A model generated the notes under the pieces. That model ran no database searches and was not told where the DNA came from. It saw only the letters and a program-made list of their open reading frames with translations. Source: a virus. From it: a stretch of DNA of 64,000 bases. Position numbers and translations under genes: made by a program. The stretch's first letter is position 1, and every line of letters begins with the position of its first letter. The stretch spans positions 1 to 64,000 of the IMG/VR virus record IMGVR_UViG_3300049491_000850. One strand, 5' to 3'. Positions 18,803 through 28,113 of this stretch are shown here, in pieces.

Positions 18803-20281
18803 ATGGCAAAAGAAAATAACGTAACCGAATCAGTTTTAGAAAAAGCAGTTCTTGAATACAAGCAGATCGTTGAGGTCGCTAAGAAACGTATTACAGAAGG
18901 GCACTCAAAAGAACTTGATGAAATGATTACGAAACTTTTAAAAGAAAACGAAAACGTATCACTATACAAAGAGCCGGAAACGGTGAAAGAAGAGTTCCAG
19001 TCTACTGGAATAGCACAACAAGAACCTGCTCCCGCAGGTGTAGAGGCGATCAACATGAAAGAAGCCTCAATGAAAGAAATAGAAGAAGCATTTGATGCTG
19101 CAAGTGATGACGATGAATTTAAAGTAGTGAAAGCCGATGACACCAACGGTAATTTTTCTCTTTCAGATATTGAAGGCGAAGTTAACGAAGTGATGTCAGA
19201 GATTCAAGCTGCTGAGGGTTTAGGTCAAGTAGACGCTTCTGGTCAACCAGAAGAAATCGACAATCTAACTAAATTTAAACAACTCCATGAAGAAATGGGT
19301 AAAATGATCGAAGCTATGGACGCTGAAAAAAATGACATCGCATTGAAAGAACAATTCCACAGTAAAATGCAGGAAACTTTCGGTGAAGGTTACGAAAATA
19401 AAATTGGAATGAACGAATGTGGTAAAATGTTCGAAACATTCAAATCAAAAGTAAGCGAATCACCAGTAGCAACAAGTGCAACAGCACCTGCTGCTCCGAT
19501 TCAAGAAAACAAGGATGGTAAAACATTCATGCCTAAATCAAACGTGCCGGGTACACACAGTCCTAACAGTGTTGCAGGTGGCGGTGCTTTCCCAAGCACA
19601 GCAGTTCCAGCAGAAAAATCGCTTACAAAAGCGGTTGTTAAGGAAGGTGATGTAGCACCAGTAGGTGCACCAGCAGTTGACGAGACACACGGTGTTGGCT
19701 TATCAGTTAATAAATTAACTGGTGGTGACAAAAATCCGGGTCTTGATCACAAGGAGTATGCAAAAGACAAAGTAAGATTGGCATTGCAGAAGGAGCAAAA
19801 CGAAAAATTACAAAAAAGAATCAACTCATTAGTTAACGAAAACTTCGAACTTACTAAGAGTGCAAACAAAGGTAAAGATAAAGTCGCTGAGATTAAAAAA
19901 ATCAACGAGTCTTACAAGGATGCAATCGAAAAGTACAGAAAGCAACTTAACGAAATGGCGTTGGTATCTACAAACATCGCTAATGTTAACAACATCTTGG
20001 TAAACGAAAGTCTTGCACTTTCATTCGAAGATAAGAAAAATATTATCAATGAATTCAAACAGGTAAATACTGTCGAAGCATCAGACTCTACTTACAAGAA
20101 ATTGATTAAGGAATACTCTGAGGCTAAGAAAACCATCAAAGAATCTGTTGAGCAGAAAATCCAAGGCTCTGCAATTGAAGCGTCTTCGTCAGAAGAAGTT
20201 CAAGCAGGAGTTAAGGGTGACACACTCAATGAGCATGTTAATAAGATAAAATCGCTTATTAGCTATAAACACAAGAAATAA
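18803..20281 (+). CDS. Prohead core scaffold protein (T4 gp22-like)
   Basis: Between protease and MCP; acidic coiled-coil with many I/L-x-E sites. Confidence 0.8.
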   Translation: MAKENNVTESVLEKAVLEYKQIVEVAKKRITEGHSKELDEMITKLLKENENVSLYKEPETVKEEFQSTGIAQQEPAPAGVEAINMKEASMKEIEEAFDAASDDDEFKVVKADDTNGNFSLSDIEGEVNEVMSEIQAAEGLGQVDASGQPEEIDNLTKFKQLHEEMGKMIEAMDAEKNDIALKEQFHSKMQETFGEGYENKIGMNECGKMFETFKSKVSESPVATSATAPAAPIQENKDGKTFMPKSNVPGTHSPNSVAGGGAFPSTAVPAEKSLTKAVVKEGDVAPVGAPAVDETHGVGLSVNKLTGGDKNPGLDHKEYAKDKVRLALQKEQNEKLQKRINSLVNENFELTKSANKGKDKVAEIKKINESYKDAIEKYRKQLNEMALVSTNIANVNNILVNESLALSFEDKKNIINEFKQVNTVEASDSTYKKLIKEYSEAKKTIKESVEQKIQGSAIEASSSEEVQAGVKGDTLNEHVNKIKSLISYKHKK

Positions 20282-20311
20282 CCCAAAAAACCAAAACAAA
20301 AAATTCACAAA

Positions 20312-21973
20312 ATGAGTCTTTTATTAGAAAGCACCGAAGTTGGTAACATCGGTCTTAAACAATTGAGAGAGCACAGAGAACTTACTACTCAGAGATGGGA
20401 AAAGGTAGGTCTTTTGGAAGGTCTTGACGGAAACGTTAAAGAAAACTGCGCTCTTTTATTTGAAAACCAATTATCTTGGATGCAATTAAATGAATCAACT
20501 GACTCTGCGTCAAGCGGATCATTTGAAACTGTTGCATTCCCTGTAATCAGAAGAGTGTTCGCTAAACTTTTAGCAAACGAAATCGTATCAGTTCAAGCAT
20601 TGAACTTGCCAATCGGTAAACTTTACTACATTAATCCAAAGATTTCTGTACGTACCAATACTAATGGTCATACATCACCTGATGGTGCATATAGCAACGC
20701 TGCTACTGCAAACCCTGCAAACAAAACTCAGTTTGAAACTCGTTCATTGTATGATGCGTTCTACGCTTCATCATATAGCGATGAAGGAACTGGTTTGTTC
20801 GATAGAAACAAAGGTAAATTCACCCTTGCAACTGGTGCTACTACATTGGCTCCCGCTTATGTAGCTGGTGACAAGTATGTAACTGCTGAAATCACTGGTT
20901 TCGTAACTACAAACCAAGGTAAATTGGTAGGCCCTCAAGGTGTGCCAATGGATACAGAAGCATTTTTGGCTTCGTTAGTTATCACTAACAACCAAACATT
21001 AGTTGCTCCTGCTCCTTATCAAGCATCATCTTTAGCAATCGGTTCATCTTTGCCTTACCACGTTAAGGTTCAGAAATACGGTTCAGCTATCGTTGACACA
21101 ACTGGTAAATTAATCGTTATCATCGATCTTTCGTTCGGTGGAACTAACGGTTATCAAGCATTGACTGCTGCAACAACTCCTACTTTCAACTTCTCATACA
21201 GAGTTTACTCTGATCTTGAAGAAGATTCTGAAATGGCAGAAGTAACCTTCGGTCTTGATGAAGTAACAGTATCTGTTGAGCCTCGTAAAATGAGAGCACA
21301 GTGGACTCCTGAATTAGCACAAGACGTGTCAGCGTTCCACAACATTGACGCAGAAGCTGAATTGACAGCATTATTGTCAGAGCAAATGGCTGCTGAAATC
21401 GACCGTGAAATCCTTAGAGATTTGCGTAGAGGTGCAGCATGGGTAACTCGTTGGGATTACAACGGTTTGCGTAAGCAATCAACTAACTACTACGGAACTC
21501 AGAAGGACTGGAACCAAACTTTGATCACTAAGATCAACCAGATTTCTGCTCAAATCCATAAGTCAACTCTTAGAGGTGGCGCATCATGGGTAGTAGTATC
21601 ACCTGAATTGTCTGCTGTACTTGATGACTTAGAATACTTCCACGTATCTAATGCTTCACCTGAGCAAGATAAGTACAACATGGGTATCGAGAAGATCGGT
21701 GTGTTGTCTGGACGTTACCAAGTGTACCGTGATCCATATGCTCCTGCTAACACATTGTTAGTTGGTCACAAAGGATCATCTATCCTTGAAAGCGGTTACA
21801 TCTACGCACCATACGTGCCGATGCAATTAACTCCGGTTATGTACAATCCGTTCGACTTCAAGCCGATCAGAGGTATCATGACTAGATACGCTAAGAAGTT
21901 CATCTTGAACCGTTACTACGGTAAAATCCTTGCGGATGGTCTTGAGACTTTCGGAATCGGTGACTTAATGTAA
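20312..21973 (+). CDS. Major capsid protein (T4 gp23-like)
   Basis: FPVIRRVF, VSVQAL, RKMRAQWTPELAQD, HNIDAEAEL, EIDREIL, YAPYVP, GIMTRYA. Confidence 0.97.
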   Translation: MSLLLESTEVGNIGLKQLREHRELTTQRWEKVGLLEGLDGNVKENCALLFENQLSWMQLNESTDSASSGSFETVAFPVIRRVFAKLLANEIVSVQALNLPIGKLYYINPKISVRTNTNGHTSPDGAYSNAATANPANKTQFETRSLYDAFYASSYSDEGTGLFDRNKGKFTLATGATTLAPAYVAGDKYVTAEITGFVTTNQGKLVGPQGVPMDTEAFLASLVITNNQTLVAPAPYQASSLAIGSSLPYHVKVQKYGSAIVDTTGKLIVIIDLSFGGTNGYQALTAATTPTFNFSYRVYSDLEEDSEMAEVTFGLDEVTVSVEPRKMRAQWTPELAQDVSAFHNIDAEAELTALLSEQMAAEIDREILRDLRRGAAWVTRWDYNGLRKQSTNYYGTQKDWNQTLITKINQISAQIHKSTLRGGASWVVVSPELSAVLDDLEYFHVSNASPEQDKYNMGIEKIGVLSGRYQVYRDPYAPANTLLVGHKGSSILESGYIYAPYVPMQLTPVMYNPFDFKPIRGIMTRYAKKFILNRYYGKILADGLETFGIGDLM

Positions 21974-21995
21974 TCTACATTATAGTAATATAAAG

Positions 21996-22028
21996 AAAAA
22001 AGGGTTGTGAAAACAACCCTTTTTTTTT
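21996..22028 (+). terminator. Intrinsic terminator after MCP
   Basis: AAAAAAGGGTTGT-gaaa-ACAACCCTTTTTT with GNRA loop. Confidence 0.9.
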
Positions 22029-22048
22029 GTCCTTAGAAAACCTAAAAA

Positions 22049-22057
22049 GTATTTATA
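22049..22057 (+). promoter_or_regulatory. Late promoter motif GTATTTATA
   Basis: Upstream of ATG 22075. Confidence 0.7.
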
Positions 22058-22074
22058 AACGAAGAAACGTTATT

Positions 22075-22371
22075 ATGATTTTGAATTTCCTAAAATTTTT
22101 GACTCTATCATTTATCCTCCTACAAGAAATAGCAGGAATTGATGCTGGCGAAGCGATAAACAGTCTTCGTCAAAATAATGCTGTTGTTGGTTTGCTATAC
22201 TTCATTGTCGTGGTAGAAGCAGCAGTTATTGTTAAATTATGGAGTATGGTTAATACACTTCAAAAGGAAAGAGTGGAAGATTTGAAAGCGAGAATTCAAG
22301 CAGAAGAAGACCTTAGAAAAGAAATTCAAGAAGTTTACACTAAACTAAACCTCGAAAACCGTAGAAAGTAA
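22075..22371 (+). CDS. Small membrane protein, possible holin
   Basis: Hydrophobic segments (VVGLLYFIVVVEAAVIVKLW), coiled-coil and basic tail; ATG 22075 lies downstream of the late motif. Confidence 0.5.
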   Translation: MILNFLKFLTLSFILLQEIAGIDAGEAINSLRQNNAVVGLLYFIVVVEAAVIVKLWSMVNTLQKERVEDLKARIQAEEDLRKEIQEVYTKLNLENRRK

Positions 22372-22372
22372 T

Positions 22373-22762
22373 ATGAGCACAGAGAACAAATCACAATTAT
22401 TGAGTAAAATCGCGATGGGTGGATTTTTTGCATTCATCCTATTATTCGTATCGCTTAGTTCATACGTATATTTCAACAACAGTACAAACGTAGCGATCAA
22501 AATTCAATCGGATAACGAAGTGAATAAAGAAAAGACTGCGGTTAACGAAGCATTGACCAAGACTCTTGTTATGAAAAACGACACTATCGTAAACTTCAAA
22601 ACAGAAGTAAAGAAAAAGGACAGTGTTCTTGTTAAGAAGGTAGAGTTATACGAGAAGAGATTGAAATTGGTTGAACATACTAGAGATTCACTTGCTAAGA
22701 TTCTTAGCAAGTTTAAACAAAGTGATATTCAACCAATTGACCGTGCAAAAACAGACAACTAA
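22373..22762 (+). CDS. Membrane-anchored coiled-coil protein, possible spanin-like lysis protein
   Basis: N-terminal TM GGFFAFILLFVSLSSYVYF followed by coiled-coil. Confidence 0.45.
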   Translation: MSTENKSQLLSKIAMGGFFAFILLFVSLSSYVYFNNSTNVAIKIQSDNEVNKEKTAVNEALTKTLVMKNDTIVNFKTEVKKKDSVLVKKVELYEKRLKLVEHTRDSLAKILSKFKQSDIQPIDRAKTDN

Positions 22763-24291
22763 GCCATCGTTACTGGTCTAGTTACTCCTGCATGTTCAGA
22801 CACCGATTGGTGAATATCATCTTCACGCCAATCAACATCATAAACCAGTTCTTTTTTAGCACGGGTAATCGCAATGTATTTGAGGTTCATTTCCTGTTGA
22901 TACATACATCCTTTTGACACACCTAATGGTATCTCGTCAGGACGCACAATAAACACTCTGTTAGCCTCCAATCCTTTTGCCTTGTGAACGGTGCTCAAGA
23001 TGATTCCATCCTCTATACTGTCACGGAAAATGCCTGTAATGACCTGTTTCAATTCGTCTACCGTGTTCACCATTTTCATGAGGAATTTCAATACCTCAGT
23101 CTTATCATTGAGCATCACAAACCCGGTATGTTCATCCACATTAAACACCCCAACCTTTTGGAGTTTTTCCCGGAAAGTATTCAGGTTATTGGTCAACTGT
23201 GCACCTAACTGTGCAAGCGAGTTTGCACCATCCGTCATATGAACTAAATTGATACCGAAATCACTTCCTTTGATGGTTGCCTTTTTCTTCATTACAAGGA
23301 AGTTAAAGAACAGTCTGACAAGTGGTAGTGTTTTCCTTGCCAAGATGAAATCGCCTTCCTCAGCCTCTTCTATTGCGCTGCCAGTGCGTACTATACCGTC
23401 TTCGGCAGTTTCCATTGCTTTGATGTCTGGAACGATTTTATTCGCCTCCAAGACAATGTTCTTTGCACAACGGAAAGTCGTGGTTAATGGAAACACCTTT
23501 ATGTTTGGAAGTCTGGTTAGACTCTCGAACGAAGAAGTATCTGCACCAGTAAACCCGTAGATTCCCTGTAGATCATCCCCGCAAAATATTAATCTGGTAG
23601 TAGGTGTTTTTGTTACCTTATCCCATTTCAACAATTTCTTGATCATCTCATGTTGAGCACGGCACAAATCCTGTGCTTCGTCAATCATCACATAGTCCTG
23701 TGGAAATAACCAGATTTTCTTATCCACGCATGGAAGATAAACCTGATCAACGAAGTCTGCCGTGTTCTTATCGTTCAGCATTTCCTCAAGAATAAGGAAC
23801 GCTCTTCCCGTGTCCTCCAAATCAAATTTTATGTCGTGCTTATCAGCAAGATCAATCACCTTCATCTTATCGAAGGTAAGTGTCAAACGAATTAGATCGA
23901 CCATCTTCTTCATGTTGCCAACGTATTCAACTACGTTATTAACCTGAGACAAGTCCCACTTCTTCATCTGTCTGTTAAGCACCTTATCAACCTTGAATTC
24001 ATCAAGTTTGCAATCCGGGTATTTTCTTAATATACCAGACCATCCCAAACCGTGAGAAGTATAGATGAAGACCTTACTATCGATCTTCCCTTCTACTTGC
24101 TTCTGTTTTAATTCTTTTTGAATGTGCCTGTTGAAGGCAAGAAAAGTTTTTGAAGCACCTTGGGGGATAATATTTGAAATGTTAACAAGGGTGGTGGTTT
24201 TTCCTGATCCTGCACGAGCACGGATCAGCATGTGACAATCATCATAACGTACACAATCGTAGATTGCTAATTGTTCTTCGGTGTCTTGCAT
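22759..24291 (-). CDS. UvrD/Rep-family SF1 helicase
   Basis: ARAGSGKTT, LAFN, MIDEAQD, GDDLQGIYGFTGA, TFRC, STVHKAKGLE, YIAITRAK. Confidence 0.93.
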   Translation of the reverse strand: MQDTEEQLAIYDCVRYDDCHMLIRARAGSGKTTTLVNISNIIPQGASKTFLAFNRHIQKELKQKQVEGKIDSKVFIYTSHGLGWSGILRKYPDCKLDEFKVDKVLNRQMKKWDLSQVNNVVEYVGNMKKMVDLIRLTLTFDKMKVIDLADKHDIKFDLEDTGRAFLILEEMLNDKNTADFVDQVYLPCVDKKIWLFPQDYVMIDEAQDLCRAQHEMIKKLLKWDKVTKTPTTRLIFCGDDLQGIYGFTGADTSSFESLTRLPNIKVFPLTTTFRCAKNIVLEANKIVPDIKAMETAEDGIVRTGSAIEEAEEGDFILARKTLPLVRLFFNFLVMKKKATIKGSDFGINLVHMTDGANSLAQLGAQLTNNLNTFREKLQKVGVFNVDEHTGFVMLNDKTEVLKFLMKMVNTVDELKQVITGIFRDSIEDGIILSTVHKAKGLEANRVFIVRPDEIPLGVSKGCMYQQEMNLKYIAITRAKKELVYDVDWREDDIHQSVSEHAGVTRPVTMA

Positions 24292-24460
24292 TATCTTCGT
24301 ATTTGAATTTTTCGTATTTCTTTAAAAGACTCTTGATATGTGCTTTCGTACAAGTGAACGCTTGTTTCATAGTGGCATAGCCTTTACGCTTCACCGACCA
24401 ATTAAGGTAAATGTACCACAACTCGTAATAGAACTTCTGATATTGTAAATGTTTTTTCAT
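24242..24460 (-). CDS. Hypothetical protein
   Basis: ATGA overlap with the upstream gene; overlaps the helicase start by 50 nt. Confidence 0.4.
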   Translation of the reverse strand: MKKHLQYQKFYYELWYIYLNWSVKRKGYATMKQAFTCTKAHIKSLLKKYEKFKYEDNARHRRTISNLRLCTL

Positions 24461-24942
24461 GAAAGAGTCCAGTGTTCGTTATCAACTCCACCCTTTAATT
24501 CATAAATCTCTCCATCGCGAAGAACTCTCACTCTCAATCCTTCCACTCGTTTGAATATTCTATCTTGGAAGATGATGCCGTTATAATTCAGGTCGTCACG
24601 TTCTTCGATAGTATCAACGCTAATATCGTATTCCTTATTGATCAAACGATCAGCAATGTCAAGGAGATCAAATTGTTCTCTAATGGTTTTGGCAAAAATA
24701 TTTGAAAACCGAATTAACTCGTCTTCTAAATTAAGCAATCTTTCGATCTCTCCGGGTGGGAGTGGTCTACGTTCAGGGTCTTTTTGGTAGGCTAAAATGG
24801 TTTGTGCTACAAACGTTCTACACAGTTCGATTGCCATGAACTTGTGTTCGATGAAGGACATCTCTCTATCTGTTTCGTTCAGAGGTGAGATGTAGGGTCT
24901 TCCGTCTTCGCCTATTTTTATTTCGTACTGGAAATTAAACAT
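24457..24942 (-). CDS. Hypothetical protein
   Basis: 161-aa ORF in a coupled minus-strand cassette. Confidence 0.7.
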   Translation of the reverse strand: MFNFQYEIKIGEDGRPYISPLNETDREMSFIEHKFMAIELCRTFVAQTILAYQKDPERRPLPPGEIERLLNLEDELIRFSNIFAKTIREQFDLLDIADRLINKEYDISVDTIEERDDLNYNGIIFQDRIFKRVEGLRVRVLRDGEIYELKGGVDNEHWTLS

Positions 24943-25154
24943 CAGTTCATTCGTTGTTTATAGTTCAGAATTTTTTGACAGATTTCAAAATTCTCCTGAT
25001 CTTCATGAAACTTAATTAATCTTTCAATCAAATTCTCACCGTGTTCGATCTTCAAAGTTGGTGTAGAATAGTGGTCTAATTCGAAAACTACGAACCTTGT
25101 TACCATCCAATAGAATTCTTCCATTCTAAGCCCATTATTCGGTTCTAAAAACAT
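24942..25154 (-). CDS. Hypothetical protein
   Basis: 70 aa; EDQENFEICQKI helix; first gene of the cassette. Confidence 0.6.
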   Translation of the reverse strand: MFLEPNNGLRMEEFYWMVTRFVVFELDHYSTPTLKIEHGENLIERLIKFHEDQENFEICQKILNYKQRMN

Positions 25155-25165
25155 GGTAATAATGA

Positions 25166-25174
25166 GTATTTATG
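25166..25174 (+). promoter_or_regulatory. Late promoter motif GTATTTATG
   Basis: Upstream of ATG 25190. Confidence 0.7.
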
Positions 25175-25206
25175 TAAAAGTAGCGATTTATGTCTCAAAT
25201 ATCAAA
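25175..25206 (-). promoter_or_regulatory. Bacteroidota sigmaA-like promoter TTTG-N20-TACTTTTA
   Basis: One mismatch to -33 TTTG / -7 TAnnTTTG; upstream of the helicase cassette. Confidence 0.45.
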
Positions 25207-26308
25207 AACCGATAGAAAAAAATTATACCTACAAGTTAAGCACGAATTGGGGTATCCATTGCGTCCATTCGAACTAAAGGAAGAAATGCTTGATTCATAT
25301 TACGATATGGCACTTGAAGATTATAGTACTATCGTGAACCAGTGGTTGATTGAACAATCATGGGTAAGTCTCCAAGGTTTAGAAGTGGATAGCGCGAACT
25401 TTATCGAAGCATACACCAATAAGAACAATGATTTCATGCGTAGTTTCACCTATGCGTATTCGAAGCAGGTTGGTTTAGGTATGAATGCTCCATCGGGAGA
25501 TACATGGCATTTGAAGAAAGATTTTATTATTGTATCTGCCGACACTCAGGTTTATTCTATTCCTGCCGGGAGAGAAATTAATGAAATACTTTGGGTTACA
25601 CCTCCACAAATCGATCAAGGTCAAGTCGATCCGTTTGCATTAACAAACTGGTCAGCAGGATCAATGGGATGGTCATACTTAGGTAGACCAGCTAACTATA
25701 TGCAACCTACTTATTCTTTGCTTTTATCAGCGCAGGATCGTAGCACAAAGAAAAGAATATTACAATCTGAATTAACATACAGAGTAACTGGTGGGCCGAA
25801 CGGCACTAAGTTGCTTTACCTTTATCCGATTCCGGGAACAAGACCAGAAATTACAAACGGTTGGGGTAAGCATATGGAAGGTTCAAAAGTATGGTACTTC
25901 TACTACAACACAAATAACAAAGGTCGCAAGAAATGTCTTGAGCAAAATAGTGATGCAATCAAATTACCAAGTGATGCTCCAATAGATGTATTGAAATGGG
26001 CTAACTTGAATAGTGTTGCAAAAACAAATGTCAGAGATTTATTAATCTCAAGAGTTAAGACTAATATCGGTAACATCAGAGGTTACTACAGTGGTGACGT
26101 TGGTGCTACTACCAAACAATTGACTTTGGATTATCGTATGCTTCAAGAGCAAGGTGAGAATTTGAAGGAGCAAGTGAGAACCACTCTTCTTGAGTCATTA
26201 AATAAACTTTCTCTTGTTCAAATGACTAGAGACAGAGCAGAAATTGCTGCTAACGTAAATAAAGAAAGAGGATTCCAGCCTCCAATGTTCCCTATCGTAA
26301 CAATGTAA
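25190..26308 (+). CDS. Neck protein (T4 gp13-like)
   Basis: KHELGYPLRPFELKEE; LYLYPIP; IGNIRGYYSG...LTLDYRMLQEQG; Pro-rich C-terminus. Confidence 0.75.
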   Translation: MSQISKTDRKKLYLQVKHELGYPLRPFELKEEMLDSYYDMALEDYSTIVNQWLIEQSWVSLQGLEVDSANFIEAYTNKNNDFMRSFTYAYSKQVGLGMNAPSGDTWHLKKDFIIVSADTQVYSIPAGREINEILWVTPPQIDQGQVDPFALTNWSAGSMGWSYLGRPANYMQPTYSLLLSAQDRSTKKRILQSELTYRVTGGPNGTKLLYLYPIPGTRPEITNGWGKHMEGSKVWYFYYNTNNKGRKKCLEQNSDAIKLPSDAPIDVLKWANLNSVAKTNVRDLLISRVKTNIGNIRGYYSGDVGATTKQLTLDYRMLQEQGENLKEQVRTTLLESLNKLSLVQMTRDRAEIAANVNKERGFQPPMFPIVTM

Positions 26309-26309
26309 C

Positions 26310-26849
26310 ATGACAAAGAAGAGAAAAGATCATATTGATTTTGAAGAAGAAAGATACGGATTGTTCATGTCTGACAACAGCTATGACCTTGACGTTATGT
26401 ACGGTAGAGAATATTTGAAAGTGGATAGTCCTTTCTACATCAACTATTACAAGATCAACATTCTTAAAACTAAGGTTGATGATTTATACGGTGAGTCTAA
26501 ACCAGCCGATAAGAAATTCTTTGCCCCTGTCAGAATTAATGTCATGATGGACATTGAAGAAGGTGCAGAAAAATTTATGAGTGAGACAGGTATTCTTCGC
26601 GATGATGTTGGTAATCTAATCTTTGGTGTCTTCGAAGAAGAATTGAGAGAGAAAGGTATTGACTTTATCCTTGGTGACTATGTATCGATCAACGTATCAG
26701 GTAAGAGAGAAAGATTTTTTGAGATTGTTAATCCAAACTATGTGAGTGATTCAACCACAAAGTCGAGAGGTGGTTTCAGAAATGATTATTGGAAGGCAAT
26801 TGAAGCAACTCCTGTTAAGGAAGATGTTGTGCCTGACATTATGAATTAA
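26310..26849 (+). CDS. Head closure / neck protein (T4 gp14-like)
   Basis: Follows gp13-like gene; DDLYGES, GDYV...FFEIV. Confidence 0.65.
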   Translation: MTKKRKDHIDFEEERYGLFMSDNSYDLDVMYGREYLKVDSPFYINYYKINILKTKVDDLYGESKPADKKFFAPVRINVMMDIEEGAEKFMSETGILRDDVGNLIFGVFEEELREKGIDFILGDYVSINVSGKRERFFEIVNPNYVSDSTTKSRGGFRNDYWKAIEATPVKEDVVPDIMN

Positions 26850-27108
26850 TTCTTGCTTCGATTATTTTTCTAATTCGTTCCAATTCGGCAATAATAAACT
26901 CGTGCTGCTCTTTTGAGTGTATTTTCAATTCATGAGAATATTTTATATACATGTCAGCAGCAAATTCTAAGAATTCTAAATCTTTCTTAGAAAGAAAAAT
27001 TGCTTGTTGTTCTAACTCTTTATTTGCCTTGGTAAGTTTTCTAACTTTAATCCATAACAAAACAGCTATAACAACAAGCAATAATAATATTGCCAGCAAT
27101 ATTTCCAT
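26839..27108 (-). CDS. Small membrane-anchored protein
   Basis: N-terminal TM MEILLAILLLLVVIAVLLWI. Confidence 0.65.
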   Translation of the reverse strand: MEILLAILLLLVVIAVLLWIKVRKLTKANKELEQQAIFLSKKDLEFLEFAADMYIKYSHELKIHSKEQHEFIIAELERIRKIIEARINS

Positions 27109-27111
27109 TTC

Positions 27112-28098
27112 TTATTTCAATTGTACTCTTTCATCTTTTCTGTTTTCATTAAACAATGTCTTACGGAATTGAATGAATCCTCTAAAGTTACCTGACCATC
27201 CCCATGTTCCGTCTTCTCCGTCATCAGCATTAAAAGATGATTTCATGTTGAATTCAGATTCTGTCATTGCACGACCTGCGTGTTCGAATGGTGAGTAGTG
27301 ACCAGACTTTTCAAGTTTATCAAACAATTTTACATCATTGTCGTAATTATCAGGCTTACCTTCTTCACCAACTACCGTGTACGATACTCTCGCGCAACGT
27401 GCGATGGCAATCTTAATTTTGTACTTATCAATAAGTGCTTGATTACCTTTTGAAATACCACCGTGTGCTTCTTGGTAACTTAATATTGGATCAAATACAC
27501 CATGATCTTTTTCAATCAATGTGCGTAACGCTTGTTCATCTATCTTATCACCGAAAGGAGTATGCCATTCACCATCCTTCAATAAAACAGGATCGGAGGC
27601 ATTGTATGCTTCAAGCATTTCATACGCCAACTTCTGAATATGAATGTCAGCAAATTCACTACATCTTAACGAGAAGAAGTTTTCAAACTCCGTACCCGAT
27701 AAAATTACTGTGTGCCACATGAACGGTTCAAGAATACGATTAACCAATTGCTTGGTCAGTCCTAACTTATTTAAGATTAGAGCAGAGACAATCGCAAACT
27801 TTGATGCAAGAATCCAGAAGAATTTGATCAAACTTATCTTCCAACCAGAGAAGTATTCGTTACCCTGCATTCCGCTATGGTCTTTCATCCAAGCGATTGG
27901 AATGAATGGATTAGTTCGAACAGATTTAACCATTTTTTTGAATGGGATCGCTCGGCTACTCGCTGAGTTTTTACTAAGCATCCGGTGAGTATTCAACTCA
28001 GCAAGGATATATCTAGGGAAAGTGAGGACGAAAGTCGTTAACCTGTTGTCGAACTGATTTTTTGAGTCGGCAACAATTTGCGCACTAATTTTGGTCAT
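27112..28098 (-). CDS. thyX: FAD-dependent thymidylate synthase (phage ThyX/Thy1 type)
   Basis: ELNTHRMLSKNSASSRAIP, KQLVNRILEPF, ARCARVSY, HYSPFEH. Confidence 0.85.
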   Translation of the reverse strand: MTKISAQIVADSKNQFDNRLTTFVLTFPRYILAELNTHRMLSKNSASSRAIPFKKMVKSVRTNPFIPIAWMKDHSGMQGNEYFSGWKISLIKFFWILASKFAIVSALILNKLGLTKQLVNRILEPFMWHTVILSGTEFENFFSLRCSEFADIHIQKLAYEMLEAYNASDPVLLKDGEWHTPFGDKIDEQALRTLIEKDHGVFDPILSYQEAHGGISKGNQALIDKYKIKIAIARCARVSYTVVGEEGKPDNYDNDVKLFDKLEKSGHYSPFEHAGRAMTESEFNMKSSFNADDGEDGTWGWSGNFRGFIQFRKTLFNENRKDERVQLK

Positions 28099-28113
28099 TA
28101 AAAATTGACGGTA

